This document shows, in pieces, positions 61,251 to 64,000 of a DNA stretch of 64,000 nt; the stretch's first letter is position 1, and every line of letters starts with the position of its first letter. The notes beneath the pieces were generated by a model. It was given only the letters and a program-made list of their open reading frames with translations. It was not told the origin of the DNA and searched no databases. The position numbers and the translations under genes are program-made. This stretch comes from Malacoraja senta (taxonomy: Eukaryota), in assembly GCA_038087875.1 (NCBI GenBank), contig CM075992.1:9054001-9118000 (forward strand), given 5' to 3'.

Positions 61251-61445
61251 TTAGACTTCTGGCTGTGAACACATGTCCTTGTAGACTGTAGCCATGGCAT
61301 TGCATGTCTGTTTAAGTTCAGACTCTAAACATCTGATTCTATCCAGGATAGTCAACAGCTCCTGCAGTGTGTCCTCAATCAACTTATTCTCACTGCTGTA
61401 GATTTCAAACAAGCCTTCTTCTAGCTTCGTGGAGAATTCTGAAAC
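61251..61445 (-). CDS. SYCE2: SYCE2 (synaptonemal complex central element protein 2), last coding exon
   Basis: VSEFSTKLEEGLFEIYSSENKLIEDTLQELLTILDRIRCLESELKQTCNAMATVYKDMCSQPEV* resembles the SYCE2 core (human ...LETELKQVCHSVETVYKDLCLQPE); acceptor tttaag, phase 0. Confidence 0.85.
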   Translation of the reverse strand, partial: VSEFSTKLEEGLFEIYSSENKLIEDTLQELLTILDRIRCLESELKQTCNAMATVYKDMCSQPEV

Positions 61446-61485
61446 CTTAAAAGTCACAAAAGATTAAATGGCTTTGTCCCAATTT

Positions 61486-61882
61486 TAAGTAAGTAAGTAA
61501 GTTTATTGGCCAAGTATTCACATACAAGGAATTTGCCTTGGTGCTCCACCCACAAGTAACAACATGACATACAGTGACAGTTACGAATGACTCGGAAAAC
61601 ACTAAACATTAATAATAATAAAACATTAATGTTAAAACACCATTTATCAAGCATGTGAACCAACAAAATACCAGATCAAAGGGAGGCTACAGATTTTTGG
61701 CTGTTGAGTAGAGCAACTACTCTTGGATAAAAAACATTTTTATGTCTGGCTGTGGCAGCTTTGACAATCCGGAGTCGCCTTCCAGAGGGAAGTGATTCAA
61801 AGAGTTTGTGGCCAGGGTGAGAGGGGTCAGAGATGATCTTGCCCGCTCGCTTCCTGGCCCTTGCAGTGTACAGTTCATCAAT
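61486..61882 (-). mobile_element. Rex1/Babar-clade LINE 3' fragment
   Basis: RARKRAGKIISDPSHPGHKLFESLPSGRRLR; tail AATAAA(CTTA)n. Confidence 0.8.
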
Positions 61883-63142
61883 CTCTGTTCTCACATCTCT
61901 TGCCCTTTCTAGGCTATCGTGTGCATGGTGCTTGCAGTCAGTCCCCAGTTCTCCTTACCCAAGTGGTCCATTGCCCACCTTGTTAGAGAGTGAACACACA
62001 TCATCAAGACTCATTCAAATTGCGTTTTAAGATGCGGGATTGAAACACTTGACAACCATCAGAATACAGTCTGAATAGAATAGAGTCTGAAGAAGGGTTC
62101 GGCCCGAAACGTTGCCTATTTCCTTCGCTCCATAGATGCTGCTGCACCCGCTGAGTTTCTCCAGCATTTTTGTGTACCTTCGATTTTCCAGCATCTGCAG
62201 TTCCTTCTTAAACACAAACATCAGATGCTGGTTTAAAGCGGAGATACACACACACAAAGCTGGAGTAACTCAGCAGGTCAGACAGCATCTCTGGAGAAAA
62301 GGAATAGGTGACGTTTCGGGACGAGGCAGTCTGAAGGCGGGTCTCGATCCGAAATGTCACCTATTCCTTTTCTCCAGAGATGCTGTCTGACCTGCTGAGT
62401 TACTCCAGCTTTATGTGCCTATCTACAGATTAAGGTGATATTTATTTCCCTTGCAGCACTGAGAAATACCGAGTCCAACTGTGGCATGTCACCAAATTCT
62501 GCATCCTCTGGAAACGAGATGAATGTATAAAATCATGAGGGGGGATAGGGTAAATGGTGTATTAAATCATTTGGGTGAATGTGCAGTCTTTTATCCAAGG
62601 TAGGGGAAATCGAGAACTAGAGGACTTAGGTTAAAGGTGACAGTGGCAGGTTTAGTAGGAACCCGAGAGGCAATTTTTTACACTCAGAGGGTCGTGGGTT
62701 TATGGAATGAGCTGCCAGAGGAGGTAGTTGAGGCAGATACTATGGTAGCATTTAAAAGACAGTTGGACTAGTATATGGATACGATAGGTTTGGAGGGATA
62801 TGGGCCAAACGTGGGCAAATGGGACTAGCTTAGCTGGGGCATCTTGCATGGGATGGACAAGTTGGGCCAAAGGGCTATTTCTCTGCTGTATGACACTATG
62901 AAAGAAGAATGCTCCCTCCACACATCCAATTAGGTAAGTGATTGTGTATGAGATTTCATTTGTCAAACCTTTGTTGAACTTGACACTCACAAGGAACAGC
63001 TAAAGATTTCCATGAAGAAAGTCCTGTGAATGAGATAATTCCCTCGACTCACAAACACTTAAACACTTTCACACAAAAACCTGCTATACATAAATTATAG
63101 GTTTTCAACATTCAGTTGTTTATAGGAAAGATGCATAATTAC

Positions 63143-63362
63143 CTTCATAACGAGAGTGTCCTTAAAGTTGCTCATCAACTTATGATCTTTTATTCTACTT
63201 TTATTTATTTCGTTCACTAGCTGTTTTGTTCTTTCACATATCCCGTCTACACTAGAATCAGGTCCCACAAAACAGTTTGAGGGCTTGCCATTGAAGTCAA
63301 GTGTGGAATCTTCAATATCAGAGGTTGTCATGGCATCATCCATTAAGCTGCTAGATTCCTCT
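63143..63362 (-). CDS. SYCE2: SYCE2 internal coding exon
   Basis: EESSSLMDD...DSSVDGICERTKQLVNEINKSRIKDHKLMSNFKDTLVMK resembles human DSSIDILQKRAQELIENINKSRQKDHALMTNF; acceptor ttcccttgcaacag, donor AAG|gtaatt; upstream exons not located. Confidence 0.85.
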
Positions 63363-64000
63363 CTGTTGCAAGGGAATGAAAAAACAGAATCAATAGACAA
63401 TAGACGCAGGAGTAGGCCATTTGGCCCTTCGAGCCAGCACCGCCATTCAATGTGATCATGGCTGATCATCCCCACTCAGTTCCCCGTTCCTGCCTTCTCC
63501 CCATATTCCCTGACCGCTATTTTTAAGAGCCCTATCTAGTTCTCTCTTGAAAGCATCCAGAGAACCTGCCTCCACCGCCCTGAGGCAGAGAATTCCACAG
63601 AATCAGACCGTTGGGAGACCATAGATAGACACAAAAAGCTGGAGTAACTCAGCGGGTCAGGCAGCATCTCTGGAGAAAAGGAATAGGTGACGTTTCGGGT
63701 CGAGACCCTTCTTCAGGTGACCATGGTATCATAGGTGACCATGATACTGATAGTCAAGTCATTTCTTAAACAGAGGTGCAGTGCCACAACTAGATACACT
63801 GACAGATCTAGATCTTTTAAAGGAAGAAACACAACCTTCTTTATTTCTTGTTCACCGTCGGTGCAAGAAATAAACCAGAGAGAACCCTGTAAAATGTAAC
63901 GAGAACCCCATATAGGTTGTAGTACACTTTCAAGGGTGAGCGTAAGCAACAGAGATTGTTGTGCACATTGGTACCCATGACATGGAAACAAAAGGGATGA

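Noticed and set aside
63836..63886. Additional coding exon of SYCE2
   Set aside because: Open only in phase 0-0, whereas the next exon needs phase 2; no SYCE2 similarity seen.

Overview
Vertebrate genomic DNA, very likely from an elasmobranch such as a skate or ray; this is inferred from dense HE1-like V-SINEs and CR1/HER1-like LINE fragments. The window holds an 11-coding-exon glutaryl-CoA dehydrogenase gene (GCDH, + strand, ATG 12371 to TAA 51500, about 443 aa once two single-base homopolymer insertions are corrected). It also holds the 3' two coding exons of the convergent meiotic gene SYCE2 (- strand, 61251-63362) and two probable exons of an unidentified + strand gene upstream (2788-2949, 6460-6854). 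A 200-N gap lies at 5818-6017. The remainder is mostly transposable elements: V-SINEs, CR1, Rex1/Babar, L2 and Penelope-like fragments, and hAT, PIF/Harbinger and Tigger-like MITEs. The most striking signal is a set of self-cleaving-ribozyme folds in short retroelements inside GCDH introns. (i) A 130-150 nt TSD-flanked SINE-like element, two sense copies, whose 5' 54 nt parse as a minimal HDV-like ribozyme starting at the element boundary. (ii) Many minimal hammerhead motifs with a palindromic ACGU stem III in Penelope-like 3' ends, often inserted as inverted dimers with 14-bp TSDs. (iii) A weaker HDV-like fold at the 5' end of an RTE-type element. All ribozyme calls are manual folds, not tested for activity.
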